NCBI GenBank assembly: GCA_964621445.1
Contig: CAZUNO010000003.1
Coordinates: forward strand, 124,664-188,663
Direction of reading: 5' to 3'
From: Candidatus Hadarchaeota archaeon
GTDB taxonomy: Archaea; CAYQAE01; CAYVLA01
DNA length: 64,000 nucleotides
Shown here: piece after piece, positions 1 to 10,001 of the stretch
How the letters are laid out: every line of letters starts with the position of its first letter
Position numbering within the stretch: the first letter of the stretch is position 1
The notes under the pieces: model-generated
What the model was told of the DNA's origin: nothing
Databases searched by the model: none
Seen by the model: only the letters and a program-made list of their open reading frames with translations
Made by a program: the position numbers and the translations under genes

Positions 1-141
1 AGGGCCAGGTCCATGGAACTGGACCTGCGGAGATTTATCCAATCCCTTAGGCCGTCCAAAGGTGATGTAATGGCCCAGGAAACCATGAAGACCGAATTGA
101 GGCAGCCCTGGCTTTATGGATTGGTCAAGAAGCAGGACTAG
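1..141 (+). CDS. 3' end of a gene that starts upstream of the window (46 codons, ends TAG 139-141); product unknown
   Basis: Open frame from position 1 to a TAG stop; convergent with the minus-strand gene ending at 138. Too short to classify. Confidence 0.2.
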   Translation, partial: RARSMELDLRRFIQSLRPSKGDVMAQETMKTELRQPWLYGLVKKQD

Positions 142-959
142 GGAGCTCTAAAATCCCTCTTAACCTCTTCCAGGCTATCCCCGGCTATCTCGTAATCCCA
201 TCCACCTAGGCCGGCCTCTACTGCCATTGATATATGCTTGATCTTCCGGGGGTCAAAGCCCATTGCCCTGGACCCCACTATATCGGTGGCCACCACATCC
301 CTTCCGGCCAAAACCAGGCCCATGTCCACCGGGGTGCCGTCGGCTGGTCCCTCTCCCTCCATGGCCACCAGGCCATCAATAACTACCAGTGAGGGAGAGA
401 TCGCGCTATTGATGTCCAGAATGACATTTTCTATTCCCCTCATGTGATACCTGAACTTCCACTTGTTGGGCATCAGGCCGAACAGGTTCTTCATGCCCAG
501 GGTGACCAGGGTCGTCTTGTGGGTTTTCAGTTTGGCGGCGTCCACTATATGGCTCTCGGCGACTATTCTGGGTATGCTTACGGATTCGAAAGTGTTATTG
601 GTCGGGCACTCCAGCTCCACCCTTTCCTTTTCCCTCTTCAGATTCTTGAAAGGCACATCATGCCTCTCACATACCTCTAGCATGCCGGTCACCTCCGCCG
701 CCTCGTCGGCATCGGTCATGTTGGCATCGCTCTCAATTACCGCTATATCGCGATTTACCTCCCCTATCATTTCTATCAGGGTCTCGACAACCAGGGGGTC
801 GGTCGTGGCTCCCGTCTCCCAGGTTTCCGTTGCAATGAAATTTACCTTGATTAGAACCGGTTTTTCGGTTAGATGCCCCACGCCACCGGAAAGGTCCACT
901 GCACGCCGGACCGTGTCACCACATCTCTCACCCTTACTTATACCCACCTTGGGAATCAT
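138..959 (-). CDS. DUF362-family protein (uncharacterized, often linked to Fe-S proteins)
   Basis: 273-aa ORF; 'KTHKTTLVTLGMKNLFG' and 'LIKVNFIATETWETGATTDP' resemble DUF362 signatures; divergent from purL. Confidence 0.45.
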   Translation of the reverse strand: MIPKVGISKGERCGDTVRRAVDLSGGVGHLTEKPVLIKVNFIATETWETGATTDPLVVETLIEMIGEVNRDIAVIESDANMTDADEAAEVTGMLEVCERHDVPFKNLKREKERVELECPTNNTFESVSIPRIVAESHIVDAAKLKTHKTTLVTLGMKNLFGLMPNKWKFRYHMRGIENVILDINSAISPSLVVIDGLVAMEGEGPADGTPVDMGLVLAGRDVVATDIVGSRAMGFDPRKIKHISMAVEAGLGGWDYEIAGDSLEEVKRDFRAP

Positions 960-1076
960 CGGATGAAGTTAGGTTACCCGGTCTTATATTGGATTCCAGG
1001 AGGAACTTCCAGCGTCACCCAGCCGTCAACGGGGGCAGGAGAACATAATTATGCACATCCCATCACCCTGGAGATA

Positions 1077-4000
1077 ATGGGACTGCTACATCTATACCGG
1101 CAACCCGGCCTTAGCCCGTCCCAGGAGGAAAGCCTCCTGGACCAGATCAACCAAGAACTCGACCGGGATGTACCATCCCTAGAGACGGAATATTGCTACA
1201 ATATAGAGCTACAGGACCGTTTATCAGAAGATCAGCAGCAGGCCTTGAACTGGTTGCTTGCCGAGACATTCAATCCAGGTGGGCTGAGGCGAACTAGCCT
1301 CCTGGAGGATGAGGAAAATGTGATAGAGGTGGGACCGCGAATGAACTTCACGACTGCCTGGTCCACCAACGCTGTGTCCATCTGCCATGCCTGCGGGATC
1401 AAAGATATCCAGAGGATCGAGCGCTCGAGACGATATCTGCTTGAGCTTGATCCACCACTACGAAGAGAGGAGAAGGAAACGATCCTTCCACTTCTCCACG
1501 ACCGGATGACCGAATGCCACTACCCGCAACCGCTGGAGACCTTTGAGACCGGCGTTTCACCTAAACCGGTCAGGAGGGTTCCGGTTATTCAGGAGGGGAA
1601 GGAAGCGCTTCGACGGATCAACCAGGAGCTCGGGTTGGCCTTCGACGACTGGGATATCGACTACTATTACCGCCTATTCGCCAAGTACATGGGACGTAAC
1701 CCCACCGATGTGGAGTGCTTCGACGTAGCCCAATCCAACAGCGAGCACTCCCGACACTGGTTCTTCAAGGGAAGGCTGAGTATCGATGGCCAGGAAATGG
1801 ATAAATCGCTCCTCGATCTAGTCAGGCGAACCCTGAAGGAAAATCCTTCTAACAGCCTCATAGCCTACCAGGACAACTCCAGTGCCATATCGGGCTTCAA
1901 GGTAAGGACCCTTACCCCTAGGGAGCCCGGCCTTCCCAGCCCCTTTTCGGAGTGCACACCGGAATACAATCCCATATTCACGGCTGAAACCCATAACTTC
2001 CCCAGCGGGGTGGCCCCCTTCCCGGGAGCGGAGACCGGGACCGGGGGGAGAATTCGCGACGTGCACGCAACGGGAAAGGGAGCCCTGGTGGTGGCGGGGA
2101 CGGCGGCCTACTGCGTTGGAAACCTCCGGGTGCCTGGCCATCATTTGCCCTGGGAGGACCTGAACTACGATTATCCAGGGGACCTTGCCCAGCCCCTTGA
2201 AATAGAGATCGAGGCCAGCAATGGTGCATCGGACTATGGGAACAAGTTCGGGGAACCGATAATACAGGGTTATACCAGGTCCTTCGGCCTCACCCTACCA
2301 GATGGGAGTCGAAGGGAATGGATAAAACCCATCATGTTCACCGGAGGGGTAGGACAGCTTGAATCCGGACACGTGGATAAGGGGGACCCGGAGGGCGGGA
2401 TGCTGATAGTCAAGATCGGGGGACCTGCCTACCGTATAGGGATGGGTGGAGGAGCGGCATCTAGCATGATTCACGGCGAGAACGTGGCAGCGCTAGATTT
2501 CAACGCCGTTCAGAGGGGGGATGCCGAGATGGAACAAAAAGTTAACCGGGTAATCCGTGCCTGCGTCGAGCTGGGCCAGGAAAACCCCATCATCAGCATT
2601 CATGACCAGGGGGCAGGCGGGAACTGTAATGTGGTGAAGGAGATAGTTCACCCCGCCGGGGGTAGGGTCGAGATAAGGGACATACTGGTCGGCGATGACA
2701 CCCTTTCGGTTCTTGAGATATGGGGAGCGGAATACCAGGAAAACGATGCCATACTCCTTGACCCCCATCAGCTGGAGTTCTTTTCGGAGCTGTGTTCCAG
2801 GGAAAAGGTCCCATTCAGCGTTATCGGAAGGGTGACCGACGATGGAAGGATGGTGGTTCATGATAGAGTAAATCAAACCACCCCCGTCGACCTGGACCTG
2901 GAGAAGGTTCTGGGCGAGATGCCGAGAAAGGAATTCCGTCTAAGATCGCATGAGGAGGATCGGGAAGCCCTGCAACTACCCCCGGATCTGTCGGTCAGGA
3001 ATGCCCTGAGAAGGGTTCTTAGAGTGCTATCCGTGGGATCTAAACGCTTTCTGACCAACAAGGTTGATAGAAGCGTCACCGGGCTCATAGCCCAGCAGCA
3101 GTGCGCCGGTCCCTTGCACCTGACGGTCTCCGATGTGGCGGTAGTTGCCCAGAGCCATTTTGGCCACACGGGAACGGCCATCTCCATCGGGGAACAGCCG
3201 ATAAAGGGACTGATCGACCCCCCTGCCATGGCCCGTTTATCCCTGGGGGAGGCCCTGACAAATATCGTCTGGGCCCAGACCACGGGGCTCGAGGACGTTA
3301 AGTGCTCTGCCAACTGGATGTGGGCGCCCAAGCTGGAGGGGGAGGGGGCTAAGATGGTGGAGGCGGCCCGGGCCCTTAGCGACATCATGGTCAAACTTGG
3401 TGTAGCCGTGGACGGCGGAAAGGACAGTCTTTCCATGGCCGCCAACCTCCCAACCGGTGAACGGACGGAGACGGTGATATCTCCCGGATCGCTAACCATC
3501 TCCGCATACGTAACATGCAAGGATATCAGGGCGACCATAACTCCGGATATCAAGAATCCTGGTCGCAGCGTGCTGATCCTGGTCGACCTGGGGTCGGGTA
3601 ACGCCAGGCTCGGAGGGTCCGCGCTGGCCCATGCATATGGCCAGATAGGCAAGACCTCTCCTGATGTGGAAGACCCCGGTACCCTGGAAAGGGCCTTCCG
3701 GGTGACCCAGTCCCTGATCTCCCGACGGATTATCGAGGCCGGGCATGACCTTAGCGATGGTGGTCTCATTACCACATTACTGGAGATGGCCTTTTCGGGG
3801 AACTGTGGATTCACGGTCCATTTGGAGGAGGAAAGGGAGTCCTGCATCCCCAGGCTTTTTTCCGAGGAGCTCGGTCTGGTGATCGAGGTCCTGTCAAGTA
3901 ATCAGCAGGAAGTACTGAACGCGTTCCGGAATGCCGAGGTGCCCTGCAAGGTTCTGGGGACCACAGAAACAAACCGCGAGGTGAGAATCGAGTTTAACGG

Positions 4001-4994
4001 GGAGGTCGTGCTCTCCGAGAGCATGGAGGTACTCAGGGATATCTGGGAGGAAACCAGCTACCAGCTTGAGAGGCTCCAGGCCAACCCCCGATGCGCGGAT
4101 AGCGAGAGAAGGGCCACCTCCAAACAGGAGCCCCCGCCCTACAAGGTCAGCTTTGACCCCCGGAGGACGCCATCAAGGGCCTTGTCGAGCCAGCAAAAGC
4201 CACGGGTGGCAATCCTGAGGGAGGAGGGCAGCAACGGGGACAGGGAAATGGCCTCTGCTTTCCACAGCGCTGGATTCGAATCCTGGGACGTTACCATGAC
4301 CGACCTGCTTGAAGGGAGAATTAACCTGGATATCTTCCAGGGAATCGCCTTTGTGGGAGGATTCAGCTACGCCGACGTTTTGGACTCAGCCAAAGGCTGG
4401 GCGGGCCTCATCAGGTTTAATGAGGACTTATGGGGCCAGTTCACGGGATTTTACGAGAGAGAAGATACCTTCAGTCTCGGGGTCTGCAACGGCTGTCAGC
4501 TAATGGCCCTTCTGGGATGGGTCCCCTGGGCGGGAATAGAAAGTGGTAATCAACCCCGGTTCATTAGCAATGAATCGGGAAGGTTCGAGTCCAGGTTTAG
4601 CACGGTCAGGATACTCCCCAGTGAATCCATAATGCTCAGGGGCATGGAAAACTCCGTATTGGGAATATGGGTGGCCCATGGGGAGGGCCGGGCCTACTTT
4701 CCTGAACAGGGTATCGAAAAGAGGGTCCTGAAGCGGAAGCTAGCACCACTGCGATATGTGGACCGGAATGGAGAGATGACCGGGGAGTACCCCTTCAACC
4801 CCAATGGATCACCAGAAGGCATTGCCGCCTTGTGCTCCCCAGATGGCCGGCACCTGACCATGATGCCCCACCCGGAGAGAACATTCCTTAAATGGCAATG
4901 GCCCTGGATGCCCCCAGAACTCAAAAAAATGGAAGCCTCTCCATGGCTTCGTCTCTTCCAAAATGCCATGACCTGGGTTGATGATCACCGATAA
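1077..4994 (+). CDS. purL: phosphoribosylformylglycinamidine (FGAM) synthase, single-chain large type (PurL with C-terminal glutaminase domain)
   Basis: About 1300 aa; 'GVCNGCQLMALLGW' class I glutamine amidotransferase Cys motif; PurM-like repeats. Track start 873 is probably too far upstream: in-frame ATG at 1077 is preceded by a GGAG at 1071-1074, and 'MGLLHLYRQPGLS' matches the usual PurL N-terminus. Confidence 0.85.
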   Translation: MGLLHLYRQPGLSPSQEESLLDQINQELDRDVPSLETEYCYNIELQDRLSEDQQQALNWLLAETFNPGGLRRTSLLEDEENVIEVGPRMNFTTAWSTNAVSICHACGIKDIQRIERSRRYLLELDPPLRREEKETILPLLHDRMTECHYPQPLETFETGVSPKPVRRVPVIQEGKEALRRINQELGLAFDDWDIDYYYRLFAKYMGRNPTDVECFDVAQSNSEHSRHWFFKGRLSIDGQEMDKSLLDLVRRTLKENPSNSLIAYQDNSSAISGFKVRTLTPREPGLPSPFSECTPEYNPIFTAETHNFPSGVAPFPGAETGTGGRIRDVHATGKGALVVAGTAAYCVGNLRVPGHHLPWEDLNYDYPGDLAQPLEIEIEASNGASDYGNKFGEPIIQGYTRSFGLTLPDGSRREWIKPIMFTGGVGQLESGHVDKGDPEGGMLIVKIGGPAYRIGMGGGAASSMIHGENVAALDFNAVQRGDAEMEQKVNRVIRACVELGQENPIISIHDQGAGGNCNVVKEIVHPAGGRVEIRDILVGDDTLSVLEIWGAEYQENDAILLDPHQLEFFSELCSREKVPFSVIGRVTDDGRMVVHDRVNQTTPVDLDLEKVLGEMPRKEFRLRSHEEDREALQLPPDLSVRNALRRVLRVLSVGSKRFLTNKVDRSVTGLIAQQQCAGPLHLTVSDVAVVAQSHFGHTGTAISIGEQPIKGLIDPPAMARLSLGEALTNIVWAQTTGLEDVKCSANWMWAPKLEGEGAKMVEAARALSDIMVKLGVAVDGGKDSLSMAANLPTGERTETVISPGSLTISAYVTCKDIRATITPDIKNPGRSVLILVDLGSGNARLGGSALAHAYGQIGKTSPDVEDPGTLERAFRVTQSLISRRIIEAGHDLSDGGLITTLLEMAFSGNCGFTVHLEEERESCIPRLFSEELGLVIEVLSSNQQEVLNAFRNAEVPCKVLGTTETNREVRIEFNGEVVLSESMEVLRDIWEETSYQLERLQANPRCADSERRATSKQEPPPYKVSFDPRRTPSRALSSQQKPRVAILREEGSNGDREMASAFHSAGFESWDVTMTDLLEGRINLDIFQGIAFVGGFSYADVLDSAKGWAGLIRFNEDLWGQFTGFYEREDTFSLGVCNGCQLMALLGWVPWAGIESGNQPRFISNESGRFESRFSTVRILPSESIMLRGMENSVLGIWVAHGEGRAYFPEQGIEKRVLKRKLAPLRYVDRNGEMTGEYPFNPNGSPEGIAALCSPDGRHLTMMPHPERTFLKWQWPWMPPELKKMEASPWLRLFQNAMTWVDDHR

Positions 4995-5005
4995 ATTTCA
5001 TGCAC

Positions 5006-5254
5006 CTATATCCAGGAGCCCCTCGCCTTTCTTAGTCCCTCACGCCTGGACCTGAGTCTGAGGGCCCCGGCGATACGAAGCATCTCGCCACAGGAGGTAC
5101 ATGACCAGTCCGGCGTTGGTTCCGTAAACGTCCTTCCGCACCGAGGACAGGCATACCTCAGATCCTCATCCTCCCCCTCGGACGGCATATTGAAATCCAT
5201 TTGGCTACTCACCCCCCTTTGCCCTTCTTTCTGTAAAGGTAAGCAGGCATTCAA
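5006..5254 (-). CDS. small zinc-ribbon protein (two CxxC pairs)
   Basis: 82-aa ORF with 'CPRCG...CTSCG'; no family assignment possible. Confidence 0.3.
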   Translation of the reverse strand: MNACLPLQKEGQRGVSSQMDFNMPSEGEDEDLRYACPRCGRTFTEPTPDWSCTSCGEMLRIAGALRLRSRREGLRKARGSWI

Positions 5255-5415
5255 TGTCAGTGAACTCGGTTGCCTCTTTTCTCAAACAACCGGCGTATAA
5301 GACCATGTCATCTTCGCTGATATGCCATTATTTATTAATATTGCGTTTATTATTTGAAAATAATGTAAATATTACTTGAATATGGACTACTTTTTCCGGT
5401 TGCTACGTATAGATT

Positions 5416-5724
5416 TCAGCCCTTGCGGAAACCGAGGTAGGCCCCGGCCCCGAATGCCCCAAAAACCGAAAGCGAGACCACGGCCGTGGACCAGTAGGAT
5501 TCGACCTGCTGGAAGAGCAGGGCCACTATCTCGTCCGCAGAACGTCCCAGATCCCGGTTAATCTCTACAAACCCCTGTTGCTGGAGGTAGATTAGGGAAG
5601 CACAATAAATGCCCATCACTATCAGTAAGTATTTCATAAGCTTCTTGGCCACGAATCCAGTGGCGAAACCGATAATGCCCCAACCCCCAATGCTGGGGAG
5701 ATGGGAGAACATTTCGCTGGACAT
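5416..5724 (-). CDS. small membrane protein, FUN14-like
   Basis: 102 aa, two predicted TM segments, glycine-rich 'GGWGIIGFATGFVAKK' typical of FUN14-type proteins. Confidence 0.35.
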   Translation of the reverse strand: MSSEMFSHLPSIGGWGIIGFATGFVAKKLMKYLLIVMGIYCASLIYLQQQGFVEINRDLGRSADEIVALLFQQVESYWSTAVVSLSVFGAFGAGAYLGFRKG

Positions 5725-5871
5725 GATCTGTAAATTAGACTCCCATATTAATAATGTTTACTGTTAATTGCAATATTTAGACCCCAGGGGTGAATTTTTT
5801 GCATATATAATGATAAATACCCCGCGGTTTTCCGAATGTTTTCCTTTTAGAAAGGGGGATCAAATATATCT

Positions 5872-6567
5872 TTGACCCTTCTCAACATATGGGGAGACCA
5901 ATTGAAAATCGCTATCAAGATCGGGGGCTCCATTTCCATCAACGGGGAGGGTCCTCGGAAGGATTTTGTATCAAAATTTGCAGAGGTCGTCCGTGACATA
6001 TCCTTCGATACTCTATGCGTTGGAATTGGAGGGGGGAAGTTGGCCAGAAACTACCTGCAGGCAATTGAACCCTTCCTCAACGACCAGGAATCGGAATTGG
6101 TCGTCCTGGACATTCTCAGGGCAAATACCAGGTTCATGGCCTCGGTTCTTGGAGGACGGGCCGTTCTGGATGAATCCTCTCTAAACCTGCTTTCCAGAGG
6201 CCAGGACGGCATTCTGGTCATCGGAGGAATCAAGCCAGGAAGAAGCACAGATGCAAATACCGCTCTCCTGGGCGAGAAGGTCGGCGTTGACCTATTTGTA
6301 AAGATGACCAACGTGCGGGGGGTCTTCGATGCGGACCCCGCGTCCGACCCCGGCGCCCAGCTCATCAGGAGGATGACCTACGACCAGCTATACGAGCTTT
6401 CCATCGAGGGGAGCCCCGGTAGTTATGGAATACTGGACCGTCTAGCAATTGATGTACTCAAGCGGTCGGGAATACCCACCCGTATCATCGATGGTCGGCG
6501 ACCGAAGGGGCTAAAGATGGTCCTGGAAGGCAAGGACCTAGGAACCCTGGTGCTCCCCGAGGATTAG
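5872..6567 (+). CDS. pyrH: UMP kinase, archaeal type (amino-acid kinase family)
   Basis: 'LKIAIKIGGS' N-terminal kinase motif and 'VGIGGGKLARNYL'. True start is probably the in-frame TTG at about 5902. A TATA-like 'catatataatgataaat' lies upstream at about 5796-5815. Confidence 0.6.
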   Translation: MTLLNIWGDQLKIAIKIGGSISINGEGPRKDFVSKFAEVVRDISFDTLCVGIGGGKLARNYLQAIEPFLNDQESELVVLDILRANTRFMASVLGGRAVLDESSLNLLSRGQDGILVIGGIKPGRSTDANTALLGEKVGVDLFVKMTNVRGVFDADPASDPGAQLIRRMTYDQLYELSIEGSPGSYGILDRLAIDVLKRSGIPTRIIDGRRPKGLKMVLEGKDLGTLVLPED

Positions 6568-6577
6568 GGCCCCTGTC

Positions 6578-7579
6578 TTACTTCTCGGAGGCTGCCCGGT
6601 TTATGGCGACCTCCGCTATATCGGTCCCATAATCCCCTATTCTCTCCAGGCTCTCAATTACCGAATTCAGGGTTACGCTGATGTTCGGCTCTAGCTTGGA
6701 CAGCATCTGCTTGAACCGTTCGCTTCGCTCCCCCAGGTCCTTTCTGAGGTTCAGTGATTTATTGGCTAGTTCTAAATCACCATCCAAGAGCGCCCTCACG
6801 GCCCCCTCATGAATTTCTCGTGCCGATTCGTTTAGAAGCCTCAATTCCGCCTTTTCCCTTCCATCCAATTTTCCGATAAGCTTAAGGACATTCCTGGCCA
6901 TTTTCTCCCCGTGATCCGCGATATGCTCAATTCTCCTGGCAACTGACTGTAAATCAAGGCACTCTATAGGCTTAAGGCGCAGGGAGGCCGAGGTGGCAGG
7001 ATTGGATGCAGCCTTTCGCAACTGGCGTAGATTCAGGAAATGGAGGCGATCCACATCATCGTCCCGGTCAATTGCCTCTTTTGCCAGGTCGGGATTATCC
7101 GTAACCAGGGCCTCCATCGCATCCTCCTGCATCTTAGCGGCGACATTGTGGGTTCTGGCGATTCCACGCCAGACATCTACATCCCTCATGTCGATCAGGC
7201 CCTCCAACAGGTACCTGTCCCCGGACTTCTCGATTATCTCCAGGCCAACCAACTTCCTTTGAACGCCCTCAATGGCCTCCTTCTGGCCGGAGGAAAAGCC
7301 CGAGTCCGAAATTAAGGTAATGGCGTCGCAACCATTCAGGTAGCTGGAAATTATCCCTCTAGCTAGCGAGCGCTCCGGGGTTCTGCTCGAAACCTCTATA
7401 GTCCTCTTCCTAACGGGGTCCAAATCTCCAGCGTGGGGCACGATGACAATGGTCCCGTCCATTTGAGCGATCAGGCTTACCGGTACCTGCTTCTTCAAGC
7501 CTACTCGCCTGGCCCAATCCTTCGGCAGGGAAATGGCGTAGGTTGAACCGCCTATAAGTTGAACCCTTCTTTTATCCAA
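6578..7579 (-). CDS. phoU: phosphate uptake regulator PhoU-like with N-terminal AbrB/SpoVT DNA-binding domain
   Basis: N-terminal 'RVQLIGGSTYAISLPKDWARRVGL' swapped-hairpin motif plus two PhoU-like helical repeats; architecture typical of archaea. Confidence 0.65.
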   Translation of the reverse strand: MDKRRVQLIGGSTYAISLPKDWARRVGLKKQVPVSLIAQMDGTIVIVPHAGDLDPVRKRTIEVSSRTPERSLARGIISSYLNGCDAITLISDSGFSSGQKEAIEGVQRKLVGLEIIEKSGDRYLLEGLIDMRDVDVWRGIARTHNVAAKMQEDAMEALVTDNPDLAKEAIDRDDDVDRLHFLNLRQLRKAASNPATSASLRLKPIECLDLQSVARRIEHIADHGEKMARNVLKLIGKLDGREKAELRLLNESAREIHEGAVRALLDGDLELANKSLNLRKDLGERSERFKQMLSKLEPNISVTLNSVIESLERIGDYGTDIAEVAINRAASEK

Positions 7580-7607
7580 TAAAATATACTCCTATATTGA
7601 TCTATAA

Positions 7608-8582
7608 TTAATAGTGATAGTAAAAACTTTTCGTCCATCTACCCCTGCAATCACATTCAAGGGCTTTTAGCTGGGAGGGGTCCTGGCTCAATGAAAAGTC
7701 CCGAACCATCTGCTTTCCCTTGCTGCTGCACTTTCGACAGTTGTGTGGGCCCCTTCTGGTCCCGAATGCTACGGTGTCGCATATCAGGTTCTTGCTGGGA
7801 TCGAGGGCATCCCGGGCGGAGCGCAAGATTCTCAAGACCGTCCAGATCCAGGGAGGTCGATAGTTACCTCTCTTATAAAGACTCTCCACCAAGGTCCCCT
7901 TCTGGACGTTGCATGCGTTTATGGAGATTGAATCCGAATACTCCGCCGATTCTTCAACGCTTTTTACCGTGTCGTAGGCCGCGTCGAATTCGCTCAGAAA
8001 TGGCGGTTTGACTAAAAGATAGGTTTTAACCCGGGCTCCCGAGTTTCTTACCACAATGGACTTTTTTCTAAATCTCTCGAATGTGAATCCCTTCCCTATG
8101 CAGTTCTTTCTGACCCAATCACTCGAAGATTCCAGGCCCATAGCCACCTCGATCTCCAGGTCAGGGAGCCCCGAGACCAGTCCAGAAACCAGGGAGGACT
8201 CTATAAATTCGGGTCTTGATTCCACGGTGAGTTCGGAAAGCCCACTGACCCCCCTTAGCTCCTGGATCAGGTAATCCCTGGCCTCCCCCCTCACCTCTCG
8301 GGTATCAAAGAAGCTACCAGAGGTGAAAATCTTGAGTCCAAATGGCCCCTTAGATGCCGGTAAGATTGCCAGCATCTCGTCCACCTGGGCCTTTAGCTCC
8401 TCTACCTCGACCTCTCGACCGCAGGTATCCGCTATATATCCACACATCGAACAGCCGCCGGTTTCACGTGCCCATCGACAACCGCCCGTATCAAGTATGG
8501 CGTAATAGATGACCCCGGGGCCGTGAAACATCCTGTCCCGTGCGGACCAGAAGCTAGGGTTGATCTCGTCCCTGGTTCTCAC
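7608..8582 (-). CDS. radical-SAM-like Cys-rich protein, possibly archaeosine-pathway RaSEA family (tentative)
   Basis: 'GGCRWARETGGCSMCGY' Cys cluster near N-terminus plus C-terminal 'CRKCS' and 'CDCRG' clusters. Family assignment is from memory of motif spacing and unverified. Confidence 0.35.
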   Translation of the reverse strand: MRTRDEINPSFWSARDRMFHGPGVIYYAILDTGGCRWARETGGCSMCGYIADTCGREVEVEELKAQVDEMLAILPASKGPFGLKIFTSGSFFDTREVRGEARDYLIQELRGVSGLSELTVESRPEFIESSLVSGLVSGLPDLEIEVAMGLESSSDWVRKNCIGKGFTFERFRKKSIVVRNSGARVKTYLLVKPPFLSEFDAAYDTVKSVEESAEYSDSISINACNVQKGTLVESLYKRGNYRPPWIWTVLRILRSARDALDPSKNLICDTVAFGTRRGPHNCRKCSSKGKQMVRDFSLSQDPSQLKALECDCRGRWTKSFYYHY

Positions 8583-8711
8583 CTCTCTAATCCTGCTGAT
8601 GCGTTCCCTGATATTACTCGACAGGTGTTTCTCCTCTGATCCGAATGGATGCGGTCCTCCAGTTCTGAAGGTGAGAGTTAAAGGAGTTATATCTTTTCAA
8701 GTAACGTACCC

Positions 8712-10001
8712 ATGCCCAGCATTTTCCACTTCGAACTCAACCGACCTTCGAGAATGGACAAGCTTCTAGGTCAAGTTATATCCTCAGCCCAGACACCAGC
8801 TTCCCTTGAAGTATCGGGTTTCGTGGGGAAGGAATCCTTCTCCGGAACCGTGGACTGCCCTTCCATCCCCCGTGGGAGATGGGGAACAGGCGCCATCCAG
8901 CTCGGCAGCCCCCTGGAAACCGGTTTTCTGTTACATGACCAGGCCGGACCTGGTGAGGGGCATGGCGATTTACCTTCCCTGGTCGAGTCCCGTGCCATCT
9001 ACGGCCCGGAATCCCCGTTATTTGGCACCTTTATCCTCAGAAGCTCCGATGGTAATTATATAGGGAGGGATGTATTGGGAACCCGTCCCCTTTTCTCCGG
9101 CAAGGGTAAGGGAACTGCATTTGGAAGTGAACCACGGGTTCTAAAAGAACTGGGATTTGGGGACATACGGAACTTTCCCCCGGGAAAGATACTTGATAGT
9201 TCGGGCAGGAGACGTGAACTGTCCTCGCAAATACAGATACCTGACCATAGATCGGTCAATCTAAAAGGGCTAATCGATAGACTCTACTGGTTTCTCGAAT
9301 CCACGCCCTCCCCCCGAGCCATCTTTTTTTCAGGAGGGATTGACAGCCTTATCCTGGCGAAGATCTCGGAGGAAACCGGGGAAACAATCCTGATCACTGC
9401 AGGGGTGCCTGGTTGTAAGGACTTCTCCGGAGCCAGAGCAGCCTCAAAAATACTCTCCAGCGACCTACAACTGGTCAAAATCGATCCGTGTGATATTCCA
9501 AATGATGTGGATGATATGGTCCCAATTATCCATGACCAGAATAAAATGAACCTGGCAATATGCCTTCCCATTTTACATGCCGCGGGGGCCTGCTCGAATC
9601 AGGGGATCGAGCATGCCATTACCGGTCAGGGTGCCGATGAACTGTTTGGAGGATATCACAAGTATCTCTCCAAACCGAAATACGAGAGATCGATGTTCAC
9701 TGACCTGTTCAACCTGCACGAGAGGGGGATGGATGCATGCGATCTAGCTTCCCGGGCGAGGGGTGTAAGGCTGTTCCTTCCCTACCTTGACCGGGAATTC
9801 ATCAAGACCACCCTCCATTTACCTCCCGGGATGAAGATAGATAATGATAAGAGAAAGGTCGCTCTCAGAAAGATAGCTAAGAAGCTAGACATTCCCCAGG
9901 CCCTTTCTTCAACCAAAAAACGGGCCATGCAGTACGGTTCAGGGGTAAACAAGTATGTGAAAAAATATCTCAGGAGGAATGGAACTGGAAAGCGACCTTG
10001 A
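8712..10001 (+). CDS. asparagine synthase-like PP-loop amidotransferase without an evident N-terminal catalytic Cys
   Basis: PP-loop 'FFSGGIDSLILA' and AsnB-type 'TGQGADELFGGYHKY'. No Cys follows the initiator Met, so glutamine hydrolysis by this chain is doubtful. Confidence 0.55.
   Translation: MPSIFHFELNRPSRMDKLLGQVISSAQTPASLEVSGFVGKESFSGTVDCPSIPRGRWGTGAIQLGSPLETGFLLHDQAGPGEGHGDLPSLVESRAIYGPESPLFGTFILRSSDGNYIGRDVLGTRPLFSGKGKGTAFGSEPRVLKELGFGDIRNFPPGKILDSSGRRRELSSQIQIPDHRSVNLKGLIDRLYWFLESTPSPRAIFFSGGIDSLILAKISEETGETILITAGVPGCKDFSGARAASKILSSDLQLVKIDPCDIPNDVDDMVPIIHDQNKMNLAICLPILHAAGACSNQGIEHAITGQGADELFGGYHKYLSKPKYERSMFTDLFNLHERGMDACDLASRARGVRLFLPYLDREFIKTTLHLPPGMKIDNDKRKVALRKIAKKLDIPQALSSTKKRAMQYGSGVNKYVKKYLRRNGTGKRP

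Noticed and set aside
5872-6567. Amino-acid-kinase protein as isopentenyl phosphate kinase rather than UMP kinase
   Set aside because: The 'VGIGGGKLARNYL' motif and the size fit archaeal UMP kinase better, though this cannot be settled without a profile search.
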